Shown here one piece after another: positions 1 through 9,361 of a stretch of DNA of 64,000 bases. A model generated the notes under the pieces. That model made no database searches, was not told the origin of the DNA, and saw only the letters and a program-made list of their open reading frames with translations. Numbering within the stretch: the first letter of the stretch is position 1; each line of letters begins with the position of its first letter. A program made the translations under genes and the position numbers. This stretch comes from Candidatus Eiseniibacteriota bacterium (GTDB lineage: Bacteria; Eisenbacteria; RBG-16-71-46). The stretch is from assembly GCA_038231135.1 (NCBI GenBank), contig JBBRLX010000025.1, positions 772 to 64,771 of the forward strand. Direction: 5' to 3'.

Positions 1-795
1 GAACCCGATTCCCTGGAGAAGGCAGCCCGACACCTGCAAGCCGGTTGTTTCCTCGATGCACCGGAAGCCGCTCGATTGGACTTCGTCCCTAAGGAGAGAG
101 TATTCGGCATCGGGCGAAACTGCGGCCCAGTGATGGCTGGTCGGGGCGACTTTGCCGGTTCTCGAATCAAGGGCGTCGACTCTTCCGGGATAGCCGAGAT
201 AGAGCGTGTCCCGGCCTCCCCACTCCATAGTCATCGGGGTTAGGCGATAGCTTCGACTGCGGCGATCGGAACGACGCCAGATCACTACGCTGTCGCCTTG
301 GGCCCTGCGTTCGCCGAGGTCGTCGTATCCCGTCCTAACATCTTCGTGAGAGTAGCCCACCGCCAGGAGGGTGCCGTCTCCATTCCAACGAAAGGACACA
401 GCGCGCGGGAAGGTCGCGATGATGCGGCCAGCCGTATCAGCGACAATGACTTGCCCGCTGTCCCTGTTGCCTACGCCGAACATCCCGTAGGCGACGGCAT
501 CGCCGGTTGGCGAGATATCCGCCCTGCCCACGCCCCAAGAGTCTCCGTACGGAATCGTCGACAGGCGATGGGGCCGGTCGCGGAGGACGTACAGGGCCTT
601 CAGCTCAAGACCAAGTTTCTTGACGGTCCTTCCGTCATCAATCCCCCAGACTTGGAACCCCGTGAAGGCGCTGATCCTCTGCGACCTGCCACCAAGGCTT
701 GGAGGGCCCGGCGGAGCACTTTCGGCTCGGGAGGTCGATATGGCGCACCTCGAGAAGAGTGCGATGAGGGCAACGATTCTGGCGAACTGGTGCAT
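1..795 (-). CDS. Secreted beta-propeller-like (WD40/TolB-like) hypothetical protein; 3' end runs off the window
   Basis: Hand-translated open frame from ATG at 795 (GGAAGG upstream) to base 1: MHQFARIVALIALFSRCAISTSRAES... has a signal-like N-terminus and propeller-type motifs ADISPTGDAVAY, FRWNGDGTLLAV, AVSPDAEY. Absent from the ORF track, probably because it has no stop in the window. Confidence 0.6.
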   Translation of the reverse strand, partial: MHQFARIVALIALFSRCAISTSRAESAPPGPPSLGGRSQRISAFTGFQVWGIDDGRTVKKLGLELKALYVLRDRPHRLSTIPYGDSWGVGRADISPTGDAVAYGMFGVGNRDSGQVIVADTAGRIIATFPRAVSFRWNGDGTLLAVGYSHEDVRTGYDDLGERRAQGDSVVIWRRSDRRSRSYRLTPMTMEWGGRDTLYLGYPGRVDALDSRTGKVAPTSHHWAAVSPDAEYSLLRDEVQSSGFRCIEETTGLQVSGCLLQGIGF

Positions 796-1042
796 GCCTT
801 CCCGTAACGGTCTCGATTCAATGGCCGGGAAACTGTAGTGCTCTATCGCGACACGTGGTCTCGCGCCTGAGCCAGCATTCAACTTCCAGTGGAGAAGATC
901 CGCGCATCGGTCACGACCAGTGGAGACCGAAAATGGTCGTTGTTCGCCGATAGTTCTCGCACAATCCTGGCACAGTGGCGGGAGGTCAACGGCACGCCCG
1001 GATCCCGCCGTGGACCAGGCGAGGTGACGCGTCGCAGCCAAT

Positions 1043-1528
1043 TCATCGTCGCAAATCAAACAGCAGATTGCCGCCCTCGCCTTCGACTCCCACGAAATAC
1101 GGAGCGATCACTCTCCACCGCTGAGTCGCCTTAGGAAGCGTGATGCGACCGAGCGTGCGTGGAACGTGATAGATCGACGTCGGCGGATAACCGCCCTCGA
1201 TTTCGTGACCGAGTGCCACGATGCAGGTGTCGCCTTTCAGCCCGCGCAGGCGCCACCAACTGGAGCCCATCGATTGGTAGGTGAAACCGGCTTGCACCCG
1301 GCAGTTGCAGAAGTCGATGGTCACGCTGTCGGGATAGCCGACCTTCCCGGCGAACTCTCGGTCGTACTTCCCGTGATCGTATCGTCGTTCGTTCGTCTGG
1401 CTCGGCCCCCAGTGACGCCACACACCATCGCGCTGCCCGTCGACGTATTCGCCGACCTCGTAGCGCTCGTCGTTCGGCCCACGGACGATGCAGGGGCCGT
1501 GGCGCACCCAATTGCCCCCTCTTAGCAC
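1043..1528 (-). CDS. Hypothetical protein with a MORN-variant-like N-terminal segment, possibly N-truncated
   Basis: RHGPCIVRGPNDERYEVGEYVDGQRDGVWRHW resembles a MORN_2/YwqK repeat. The ORF starts abruptly at GTG with an in-frame stop two codons upstream. Confidence 0.45.
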   Translation of the reverse strand: MLRGGNWVRHGPCIVRGPNDERYEVGEYVDGQRDGVWRHWGPSQTNERRYDHGKYDREFAGKVGYPDSVTIDFCNCRVQAGFTYQSMGSSWWRLRGLKGDTCIVALGHEIEGGYPPTSIYHVPRTLGRITLPKATQRWRVIAPYFVGVEGEGGNLLFDLRR

Positions 1529-1552
1529 TTCTCATGTTTCTAGGTCCTCGAA

Positions 1553-1843
1553 TCAAGCCGCCCGTCTTACCCTGACGCTCGCCTCGAGTCCAACCGCCTC
1601 GAGGAGGCGAAGGACCCGGTCGACGGTCACCTTCTGAAGACTGCCCGAGAGAATACCCGTCACCGCGCTTCGAGACAGCCCGGAGCGGGTCGCCACTTCC
1701 GCGTGAGTGAGTCCGCGGCGGCTAACTTCGCGAACAATCGCCGCAATGAGCTGCGCCTTGAGCACGGCCTCGATCCCACGGCTCTTCGGGATGCCCAGCT
1801 GTCTTGCCAAGCGCGCCGGAGAAGTCCTGCTCACCCTCTTCAT
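1553..1843 (-). CDS. XRE-family HTH antitoxin (HigA-like)
   Basis: 96 aa with HTH LTHAEVATRSGLSRSAVTGILSG. ATGA overlap with the upstream toxin gene. Confidence 0.85.
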   Translation of the reverse strand: MKRVSRTSPARLARQLGIPKSRGIEAVLKAQLIAAIVREVSRRGLTHAEVATRSGLSRSAVTGILSGSLQKVTVDRVLRLLEAVGLEASVRVRRAA

Positions 1844-2157
1844 GATCGAACCTCCTCAAGACGCGTTCGCGCCAACTCCAGGTTACGCGCCGATGTCGCC
1901 TGCGTGGTCTTCTTGAACGCGTGGAGCACGTAGACTAGCCCGCGAGTGCCCAAAACGTACACCACCCGATACACCCCTGATCGATCCTTCAACCTGAGCT
2001 CGTGGACGCCGCGTCCGATCGCGGGCATTGGGCGAGACAGCGGAAGCGAGAGCATCAGCCCCGCATCGAGCCGGGCCAGCGCGTCGGCCAGATCGCCGCG
2101 TATCTCCTCTGGGAACGCCTCGATCTCTTTGCGGCACGGTTTCAGGATGACGATCAC
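1840..2157 (-). CDS. RelE/ParE-superfamily toxin (HigB/Gp49-like)
   Basis: 105 aa with SRPMPAIGRGVHELRLKDRSGVYRVVY and VLHAFKKTTQAT, typical of Gp49/DUF891 toxins. Toxin-first order as in higBA. Confidence 0.87.
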   Translation of the reverse strand: MIVILKPCRKEIEAFPEEIRGDLADALARLDAGLMLSLPLSRPMPAIGRGVHELRLKDRSGVYRVVYVLGTRGLVYVLHAFKKTTQATSARNLELARTRLEEVRS

Positions 2158-2180
2158 GATTCATGGTCTCACTTATGAGA

Positions 2181-3500
2181 CTAGGCGTCCAGCCATCTAC
2201 CCGAAACGGTTCCGGATGACCACGCCCACTGGAAGTTGAATCCCCCCAGCCGCCCCTCGACATCCAGCACCTCGCCGCACAGGAACACCCCCGGAGCCAC
2301 GCGCGATTCCAGCGTGCTCGGATTCACTTCCGACAGCCGCACGCCGCCCGCGGTGACTTCGGCCTTCTCATAGCCGAGCGTGCCGTTGACCGGCAGAGGT
2401 CGCGCAGTCAGCTGAACCATTAACGCCGCGCGCGCCGCCTTCGGCACCTGGCTCAGCGCCGTCGCCGGATGAACTCCTGCTTCCTTCGCCAGCTCCATGC
2501 CGAGCCGGTCGGGCAGCATCGACGCCAGAAACCGCCGCACGGTCGCGCGCGACTCCATTCCGGCTGCGGCCAGCCACGCGGCGTTGAGCGCCGTGCGGTC
2601 GATGCCGGGCACGAAGCTCGCCGTCACGCGCAGCGGCGCAGCAGATGCCCCGGCTTCCAGCCCGGCCCGCAGATAGTGCCGCGACAGATCCAGCGACACC
2701 GGACCCGAATATCCGAAATGCGCAATCAGGAACGATCCGCGCACCGCGATTAATCGCGCGTCTCCGCGCCACAGCGACAACTCCGCGTCGAGCGTCACGC
2801 CCTGCGCGACGCGGCACAGCGGATCCTCGGCCGCAAGCGGCGTCAGCGCGGGCGTCGTGGACTCCAAGCTGTGGCCGAGCGACTCGAGCAGCGAGTAGCC
2901 GGTGCCGTCGCTGCCGGTGCGCGGGAATGACAGGCCCCCCGTCGCCATCACCGCCGCATCCGCCTCGAGCCACTCGTCGGGCTCAACGGCCGACGGCTCC
3001 CAATGTGAGCGCCCGACAGCACTCACCTCCAGGAACGCCGCGCCATCGCGCACGTTCTGAATGCCCAGCCGAAAGCCATCGCCAGACCCGCGCCGCTCCA
3101 GTTGCACAACTCGCGCCCCGCAACGCACCGAAACCCCGGCGCGCGACGCAGCCCCCAACATCGCATCCAGCACCGTCTGCGCGTCATCGCTCACCGGGAA
3201 GTACTTGCCGGTGTCCTCGAGCTTGAGTTCGACGCCCAACGCTGCGAACCACGCCAGCGTCTGCTCCACCGTGAACGCGCGCAGCACGCGCGCCACGAAT
3301 GGCCGCGAGCCGGCGTTGAAGTCGCGCTCGGTCACCGTGGCGTGGGTCACGTTGCAGCGCGTGCCGCCCGACATCAGGATCTTGAGCCCGACCTTGGGAT
3401 GTGCGTTGAGCAGCGTCACCCGTGCCCCGGCCTCGGCGGCACGGATCGCGGCGGTGAGCCCGGCGGCGCCAGCGCCGATCACAGCGACGTGGCGGCTCAT
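2181..3500 (-). CDS. NAD(P)/FAD-dependent oxidoreductase, HI0933/YhiN/BaiN family
   Basis: IGAGAAG, KILMSGGTRCNVT, ATGGLSFPRTGSDGTGY, AEVTAGGV and GEVLDVEGRLGGFNFQWAWSSG. Confidence 0.93.
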   Translation of the reverse strand: MSRHVAVIGAGAAGLTAAIRAAEAGARVTLLNAHPKVGLKILMSGGTRCNVTHATVTERDFNAGSRPFVARVLRAFTVEQTLAWFAALGVELKLEDTGKYFPVSDDAQTVLDAMLGAASRAGVSVRCGARVVQLERRGSGDGFRLGIQNVRDGAAFLEVSAVGRSHWEPSAVEPDEWLEADAAVMATGGLSFPRTGSDGTGYSLLESLGHSLESTTPALTPLAAEDPLCRVAQGVTLDAELSLWRGDARLIAVRGSFLIAHFGYSGPVSLDLSRHYLRAGLEAGASAAPLRVTASFVPGIDRTALNAAWLAAAGMESRATVRRFLASMLPDRLGMELAKEAGVHPATALSQVPKAARAALMVQLTARPLPVNGTLGYEKAEVTAGGVRLSEVNPSTLESRVAPGVFLCGEVLDVEGRLGGFNFQWAWSSGTVSGRWLDA

Positions 3501-3534
3501 CGACGCACCGCCCCGCGGCCCCGCGCGAACGCCC

Positions 3535-4377
3535 TCATCCGACCGACACGCATACGATCGCCGCGGTTGCGAACGCCAGCCCGGCGCGCTGATGCGGGGT
3601 CCAGCGTTCGCACAGCATGGCGCGCGCGAGCAGCACGGTGGTCGCGGGCGACAGCGATACGATCGTGCCCACGATCGCCAGCGCGGCCCGATGCACGGCG
3701 ACGACGTAGGCCACGTTCGCGAACGAATCGAGCAGGCCGGCGAGCAGCGTCGACTGCATGGCGCCGGGGGCGGGCACGAACGGCTCGCGCCGCACGGCGA
3801 GGATGATTGCGAACAGCGTCACCGTGGCGAGCCGCGCGACGAACAGCGACGCGAGACCACTACCTGGCGATACCCGCGCAATCAGCACCAGGAATCCGCC
3901 GACCAGCAATCCCGATGTCACCGAGATCAACAGCACGGGTCCGTGCGCGGCGCGGGGCGCGCCGGCTTCATGGCTGTGCGCGAGCAGTGGGAACGACGCG
4001 ACGGCGAGCACGATGCCGCCGAGCGCCAATGGCGACGGCCGCTCGCCGAGCGCCACGCCGGCGATCACGGGCATCGCGAGCGCCACCACCGAGATCACGG
4101 GGGCGGCGACGCTCACGGGGCCGATGGCGTAGGCGCGGTAGAGCAGCGCCACGCCGAGGCCGCCACTCACGCCGGCCGCGGCTCCCCACAGGTAATCCTG
4201 GGGCACGGGCGTGCCGCGCACGAAGATGAGCGCGACGCCCAGGCTGAGGAGTCCCACCGCACCTGCAGCGAACGTCACGGTGAGCGCCGAGATGCGGCGC
4301 GAGGCGTAGCCGCCGAGGAAGTCGGCGGTGCCGTAGATGCCCGACGCGAGCACGGCGAGCGCATAGGCGGGATTCAT
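3535..4377 (-). CDS. DMT/EamA family transporter
   Basis: About 10 hydrophobic helices in two EamA-like halves (YGTADFLGGYASRR; LYRAYAIGPVSVAAP). Start placed at ATG 4377; the ORF is open from 4416. Confidence 0.88.
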   Translation of the reverse strand: MNPAYALAVLASGIYGTADFLGGYASRRISALTVTFAAGAVGLLSLGVALIFVRGTPVPQDYLWGAAAGVSGGLGVALLYRAYAIGPVSVAAPVISVVALAMPVIAGVALGERPSPLALGGIVLAVASFPLLAHSHEAGAPRAAHGPVLLISVTSGLLVGGFLVLIARVSPGSGLASLFVARLATVTLFAIILAVRREPFVPAPGAMQSTLLAGLLDSFANVAYVVAVHRAALAIVGTIVSLSPATTVLLARAMLCERWTPHQRAGLAFATAAIVCVSVG

Positions 4378-4709
4378 CGGGGCTGGCTCCGTGGTGATTC
4401 CGGCACACACGGCCACGCGCTCCGCGCCTCATCGGTCACCTGGGTTCGTCCTTCCGTTGTACGGGGTTCAACGCGTGTCCGCGCGCAGCAGCGGCGATCA
4501 GCGAGTCGCGAAGTCTCGGCCAGCGTGACGTTGGGGTCAACCGCAGGCGCCGCCGCGCAACCACGCGCGAACGAGCGCCGCGCCGCGCCGCATCACACGT
4601 GGCGCCGGCGCATCAACGCAACGTGTGAACTCTGACCCCGCGCACGTAGCGCCGCTGGAAGCTGCCACGCACACACAGGTTCCAGCGTTTACGTGCGGCT
4701 TACGTTGGG

Positions 4710-4725
4710 TGGCACCGACTCTGCA
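4710..4725 (+). promoter_or_regulatory. Putative sigma54 (-24/-12) promoter
   Basis: TGGCACCGACTCTGCA fits TGGCAC-N5-YTGCA (GG-N10-GC), about 60 nt upstream of the ATG at 4785. Confidence 0.65.
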
Positions 4726-4784
4726 TTACCCCTCCACGTAACCGCAGCACGAAGCGCACGACACCAACGCATCGGAGGAACATC

Positions 4785-5360
4785 ATGAAGACTCAACGAA
4801 TCTTCACCGCCCTGTTGTTCGGCACGCTGGCCCTCGCGGCGATGGCGCCGATCGCTTCCGCGGACTCGCACAATCGCGGGAACTCGCATGGCCACGGCAA
4901 CAACTCGAGCTGGAACGGCAACAACAACGGCAACAACAATTCGGACTCGCACAACTGGCAGGGCCAGGGCTCGCGCGGCAACGATTCGCGCGGCAAGAGT
5001 TCGCCCGATACCTGGCAGTATCGCCAGGACGATCGCAGCGGCTACGGTGGCAACTACGATCGCGACGACCGGGGTAATCGTGGCAGCTGGACTTCGGGAC
5101 GCACCTACTACTACGAAGACCCGAGCAGCGGCCGGCGTTCGAACTACATCAGCGACTTCAAGGACCGCGACGGCAACGCGGACCCATCGATGGTCATTCT
5201 GCAGATCGACATCCGTACCGGGCAGCAACTGTGTGCATACCGCTACGACAATCGTGCGGGGCACTGGCGGTCGTGGACGGGCGGCGTCTCGTGGAACAAC
5301 GGTGGCTTCGACGTTCGCGGCGCCGGAGTGTACGGCGGATATCCGAGCGACAATCGGTAG
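4785..5360 (+). CDS. Secreted hypothetical protein, N/G/D/S-rich, paralog 1 of a tandem pair
   Basis: GGAGG RBS, Sec signal MKTQRIFTALLFGTLALAAMAPIASA, low-complexity region, then a ~60-aa core shared with 5736..6275. Confidence 0.85.
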   Translation: MKTQRIFTALLFGTLALAAMAPIASADSHNRGNSHGHGNNSSWNGNNNGNNNSDSHNWQGQGSRGNDSRGKSSPDTWQYRQDDRSGYGGNYDRDDRGNRGSWTSGRTYYYEDPSSGRRSNYISDFKDRDGNADPSMVILQIDIRTGQQLCAYRYDNRAGHWRSWTGGVSWNNGGFDVRGAGVYGGYPSDNR

Positions 5361-5407
5361 TCGCCGCCAGGCAGGCTGCGCAGATCCAGGTTCATCGCAG
5401 CGCAGCA

Positions 5408-5441
5408 GGGGGACCGTTCCAACGGTCCCCCGTTTTGTTTT
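5408..5441 (+). terminator. Intrinsic terminator
   Basis: GGGGGACCGTT-CC-AACGGTCCCCC hairpin followed by GTTTTGTTTT. Confidence 0.75.
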
Positions 5442-5657
5442 GGAGGGCCACTGTTCCGCGCGCCGTCACGCCGTGCACAGCACCTTCGCGGGATACTGCC
5501 AGGGCAAACTCAAACGTCGCGACGGCGCGTCACTCGACGCCGAACGTGCTCTCCACGGCGCCCCTCGCGCGTATGAACCCGAGCCCCGCCGGCGGCAAGC
5601 GGGTGGAACTGACCGCCCCCACGCGGCTTGCAGCGTTGACGCGGGACTGACGTCGAA

Positions 5658-5673
5658 TGGCCCCATCCCTGCG
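5658..5673 (+). promoter_or_regulatory. Putative sigma54 promoter
   Basis: TGGCCCCATCCCTGCG (GG-N10-GC), at the position equivalent to the paralog-1 site. Confidence 0.55.
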
Positions 5674-5735
5674 TATACCCAGTTCGCACGGCAGCAGCAT
5701 CGAAATGCAGCACTACCCTCACATGGAGGATCGTC

Positions 5736-6275
5736 ATGAAGACTCAACGCCTCTTCACCGCCCTGTTGTTCGGCACGCTGGCCCTCGCGGCGATGGCTCC
5801 CATGGCGTCCGCGGACTCGCGGGATCGCAACGGCGACAGTCCCGATTCCCGTGGTACGCAGGGCTCGCGCGGCGATTCGCGCGACAACGGGACGCAGCAG
5901 CAGTCCGGCACCTACCGCCCCGCCGATAACGGCAAGTACGGGCACAACTACAATCGTGATGACCGCAATCACCGCAATAGCTGGTCGTCGCGTCGCACCT
6001 ACTACTATCAGGACCCGAGCAGCGGCCGGCGCTCCGACTACATCAGCGACTTCAAGGATGCTGACGGCAACATGGACAGCCGGATCGTTATTCTCCAGAT
6101 CGACATCCGCACCGGTCGGCAGCTCGGCGCGTTCCGTTATGACAACCGCGCGGGGCACTGGCGGCAGTGGAAGTCCAACCGCAATGGCCAGTGGCGGAAT
6201 GACACCCGTGGGAACGACGGTCGCGGAATTCGCGGCACCGGAGTGTACGGCGGGTATCCGAACCAGAATCACTAG
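5736..6275 (+). CDS. Secreted hypothetical protein, paralog 2 of the tandem pair
   Basis: GGAGG RBS and near-identical signal peptide. Core RTYYYQDPSSGRRSDYISDFKD...ILQIDIRTG...RYDNRAGHWR and C-terminal GVYGGYP. Confidence 0.85.
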   Translation: MKTQRLFTALLFGTLALAAMAPMASADSRDRNGDSPDSRGTQGSRGDSRDNGTQQQSGTYRPADNGKYGHNYNRDDRNHRNSWSSRRTYYYQDPSSGRRSDYISDFKDADGNMDSRIVILQIDIRTGRQLGAFRYDNRAGHWRQWKSNRNGQWRNDTRGNDGRGIRGTGVYGGYPNQNH

Positions 6276-6305
6276 TCGCCGCCCGGCCGGCAAGTTGAGC
6301 GCAGC

Positions 6306-6340
6306 GGGGGGACCGTTTCGGCGGTCCCCCGTTCTGCTTT
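6306..6340 (+). terminator. Intrinsic terminator, homologous to the one at 5408
   Basis: GGGGGACCG...CGGTCCCCC hairpin followed by GTTCTGCTTT. Confidence 0.7.
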
Positions 6341-6344
6341 GGGG

Positions 6345-7907
6345 TCACGCGCCCGCGCTTCTCCACCCCTCGCCAACTCGCATCGCCTTACCCTCGCTCT
6401 CGAGATGCATGAGATGCGCGAGCAGTGAACGCTCGGCGTAGGACCACAGGTCGCGCGGCGTATCGGCGTACACGCGTGCGACCAGCTCCTGCAGCGTCGA
6501 CGGCCGATCGGCGAGCGCGGCGAGCACCTTCGCCTCGCGAGCCTCGCGATGCTCGATCAACGCGCGGATCCGCCGGTGCGCGGCGCCCTGTGGCGAGCCG
6601 TGGCCGGGGAACAGCGCGTCGATCGGCTCCGCGAGCAGCCCGCGGAGCGACGCCAGGTATTCGCCCATGTCGCCGTCGGGGGGATCGATGATCACGGTGC
6701 CGGAGCCGCCGGGAATCAGGTCGCCGGTCATGAGCGAGCGCGTGCCGGCGTGGTAGAAGCACAGGTGGTCACGGGTGTGGCCGGGTGTCGCGATCGCTCG
6801 CAGGCTCCAGTCGCGCCTGGCGGATACCAGCGGCACGATGTCGCCGTCCGCGAGCGTGCGATCGGGGCGCGCCGCATGGTTGAGCGCATGCGCCATCACG
6901 GGCACCTGGTAGCGGGCGCGTACGGCGTGGTAGCCGGCGGTGTGGTCGGAATGGTGGTGCGTCAGCAGGATCGCGGCGAGCGTGCGACCGTCGACGGCGA
7001 GCGCGTCGATCACGGCATACAGCGACTCGAGCTCGGCGGGCTCGTCGCTGCCCGGGTCGATCAGCGCCATCTCGCGATCGCCGACGAGGTAGGTGTTGGT
7101 GTGCGTCGCGGGCGGTAGCGGCCGGGTCTTCGTGGGATGCAGGACGATGCCCCACTTGAGCTCGATGCGACGCACGGGTTGGCCGGCGCGCTGAGGCGCG
7201 GTGCGCAGGCGCTCGATCAATGCGTCATCGAACGGCGACAGGTTGCTGCGGTTCGCGTGGTCGAGCTCGATCAGCACCTGCAGCACGGGTGCGGCAAACG
7301 CGGCGTCGCCGCGCTGCCACAGGTCGAGCGCCGCGGATGGCAGGATCCACTCGCCGCTCGCCAGCTCGCCGGGAATGATCGAGGGCTCCTGGCCTTCGGG
7401 CGCTTCCGCCATGAAGAACGCCGAGTCGTGCCGTGCGATCGAAAACGGCGGCGTGGTCCAGCGTCCGATGTAGCGCAGCGCGCCTGCGCGAAAGTGCCAG
7501 CCGTGCTCGGGCGCCGCGAACGCGGCGGCGCCGGCAAGCACGCGACCGCGCACATTCGGCAGGTCGTGGTCGCCCGACGACACGGCGCCCAGCAGCACGC
7601 CGGTCTCTTCGAAGGTCTCGCGGATCGCGCACGCCTCGAGGATGCGCAGAGCGCCGGCGTCGAAGCCGTCGGCGCTGGCCGCACCGCCGTCGCCGTTGTC
7701 GATCATGGCGGCGGCGATCGCGGCGTCGTCGGCATTCACGCCACCGCCCACGAATGCATGAAAGCCGGGCATGTACGACACCAGGTCGCTGCGCCGCACC
7801 CAGTAGACCTCGGTCTCGCCAACGGGGCCACGCACCAGCACCACGACGGCGGAGGCGCGGAACCTGGGTCGGGGTGATGGAACGGAAACGGGCGTCGATT
7901 GGGTCAT
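6345..7907 (-). CDS. NUDIX hydrolase / metallo-beta-lactamase-fold (LACTB2-like) fusion
   Basis: N-terminal AFVGGGV...CAIRETFEETGV Nudix box. C-terminal THHHSDH, TPGHT, TGD and PGHG MBL motifs with a winged-helix-like tail. Confidence 0.88.
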   Translation of the reverse strand: MTQSTPVSVPSPRPRFRASAVVVLVRGPVGETEVYWVRRSDLVSYMPGFHAFVGGGVNADDAAIAAAMIDNGDGGAASADGFDAGALRILEACAIRETFEETGVLLGAVSSGDHDLPNVRGRVLAGAAAFAAPEHGWHFRAGALRYIGRWTTPPFSIARHDSAFFMAEAPEGQEPSIIPGELASGEWILPSAALDLWQRGDAAFAAPVLQVLIELDHANRSNLSPFDDALIERLRTAPQRAGQPVRRIELKWGIVLHPTKTRPLPPATHTNTYLVGDREMALIDPGSDEPAELESLYAVIDALAVDGRTLAAILLTHHHSDHTAGYHAVRARYQVPVMAHALNHAARPDRTLADGDIVPLVSARRDWSLRAIATPGHTRDHLCFYHAGTRSLMTGDLIPGGSGTVIIDPPDGDMGEYLASLRGLLAEPIDALFPGHGSPQGAAHRRIRALIEHREAREAKVLAALADRPSTLQELVARVYADTPRDLWSYAERSLLAHLMHLESEGKAMRVGEGWRSAGA

Positions 7908-8048
7908 GTCAATCTCCGTAAAGGCGGGCCGCCGAGCTTAGCGGTCCACGGCGCGTCTCCCAAATGGCCCCGATAATCCTTGCGGCTCACGGACGCCCTG
8001 TGGTTGGCTTCGGCTGCCCCGGGCACTGGCCCATCATCGGAGCACCGC

Positions 8049-9265
8049 ATGAAAACCCCTCAATGCACGATGGTCCTCGTTCTATTACTCGCCGCCGCCG
8101 CGTTCACCACCTCCCGCGCCGACGACGATCCATATGCCGACTTTCGCATCCCCACGCATTCGTGGACGTCGTGGGGGCTCAACGGCGGCGCGAACGGGCA
8201 CTCATCGCTGCAGAACCTTCCCGGTGTCGAATCTCATCAAAGCACGATCAGCGGCATCCTCAGCACCCTGCTGAACCGAGGGTACGATTCCGATCGCGCG
8301 CGGGATTCGGACCGTTACGCACGGTCTTCAACGCGAACATGCACGACAACAGCAATAACCAGAACTTGAGCGGATCCATCTCCGTCGGCGTCGGGCGGGT
8401 CAGGGACGCCACGAGCGTGTACCAGACCCAAGTGCTCGAGCAGCGGCTGCTCCGCACCGGCGCATTGAAGCGCCGCCTGAGTCGCGACGCGATCCGGCAG
8501 CTGGCGAAGCTGTTCTCGATGCAGGGTGATTTCGGATTGGTTCACGATTATCCGGGCAAGCACTTCTGGCGCGAGGTCGAGCGCATCCTGCGCGAGAATG
8601 GCTCGCTCGCGGGCGAGTCCCTCGACGCGTAATCCGCGCTGCGGATCCTGGATCCCGGTGTGGGCCTGGCGTTACAGCGCAGGACGGGTTTCTTCGCCGG
8701 CCCGAGCTTCGGAGGGTTCATGTCGTGGCGCTACGACAAGGCTCACGTGAGGAGCCGGAACCGGCTCTATCAGGGCGATTCGCTGGTGGCCTCGACCGAG
8801 CAGCAGTTCGATCAGCGGAGTGTGTTTCGCTCCGATGAAACCCAGGTGGGCGCCGTTATCGAATACCATCGCCCGGTCGGCATGCGTTGGCAGGCGGACG
8901 TGATCTCGCAGGCGAACTTCAGCCGGCGACTCCAGGCGATCTTCGGCACATCCCAGGCGCAGGTGGCGTATGTGATGGCCGATCGATGGCTCGCGGCGGT
9001 GAACGCCGTCCAGTCCGTATTCGAGTCCGGCCTCGACGACTCGGGCACGGTGCCTGCCTGGCAGGTGACGTACAACGCGGCGCTCGGTTACTGGCTCGAG
9101 GATTCGTGGAGCATCGACCTAAGCGTGGGAGGCGTCCAACAGCACGACGCGAGTCGTTTCGAACGGGACTACGCGTTCACGCTCGGTTTCACCTACCGCA
9201 TTGCCGGGTTGCTCAACGCGCCCGGAGTCTTCGAGCCGCAACGGTTGGCGCCGCCGTCGAATTGA
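8049..9265 (+). pseudogene. Disrupted secreted/outer-membrane beta-barrel-like protein
   Basis: Signal peptide MKTPQCTMVLVLLLAAAAFTTSRA, a frame change near 8300-8320, and an in-frame TAA at 8630-8632. The reading frame continues through amphipathic strands (YAFTLGFTYRIAG) to 9265. Confidence 0.65.
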
Positions 9266-9361
9266 GGCGGGCGCCTCCCGGCATGAACGCGAACGGCGCC
9301 CCGCTCGACAGCGTGCGCCGTTCGCAGTGTGTACGCGGCCAGCGGGCCGCCGCCCCTTCTC

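Noticed and set aside
298-807. 169-aa plus-strand ORF
   Set aside because: Antisense to a more protein-like minus-strand frame (1..795) that has an RBS and signal peptide.
800-2180. Possible integron cassette array (small co-oriented genes plus TA)
   Set aside because: No convincing RYYYAAC...GTTRRRY attC sites and no integrase seen.
8630-8632. Stop-codon recoding (Sec/Pyl) in the disrupted gene
   Set aside because: The codon is TAA, not TGA or TAG, and the gene also has a frameshift.
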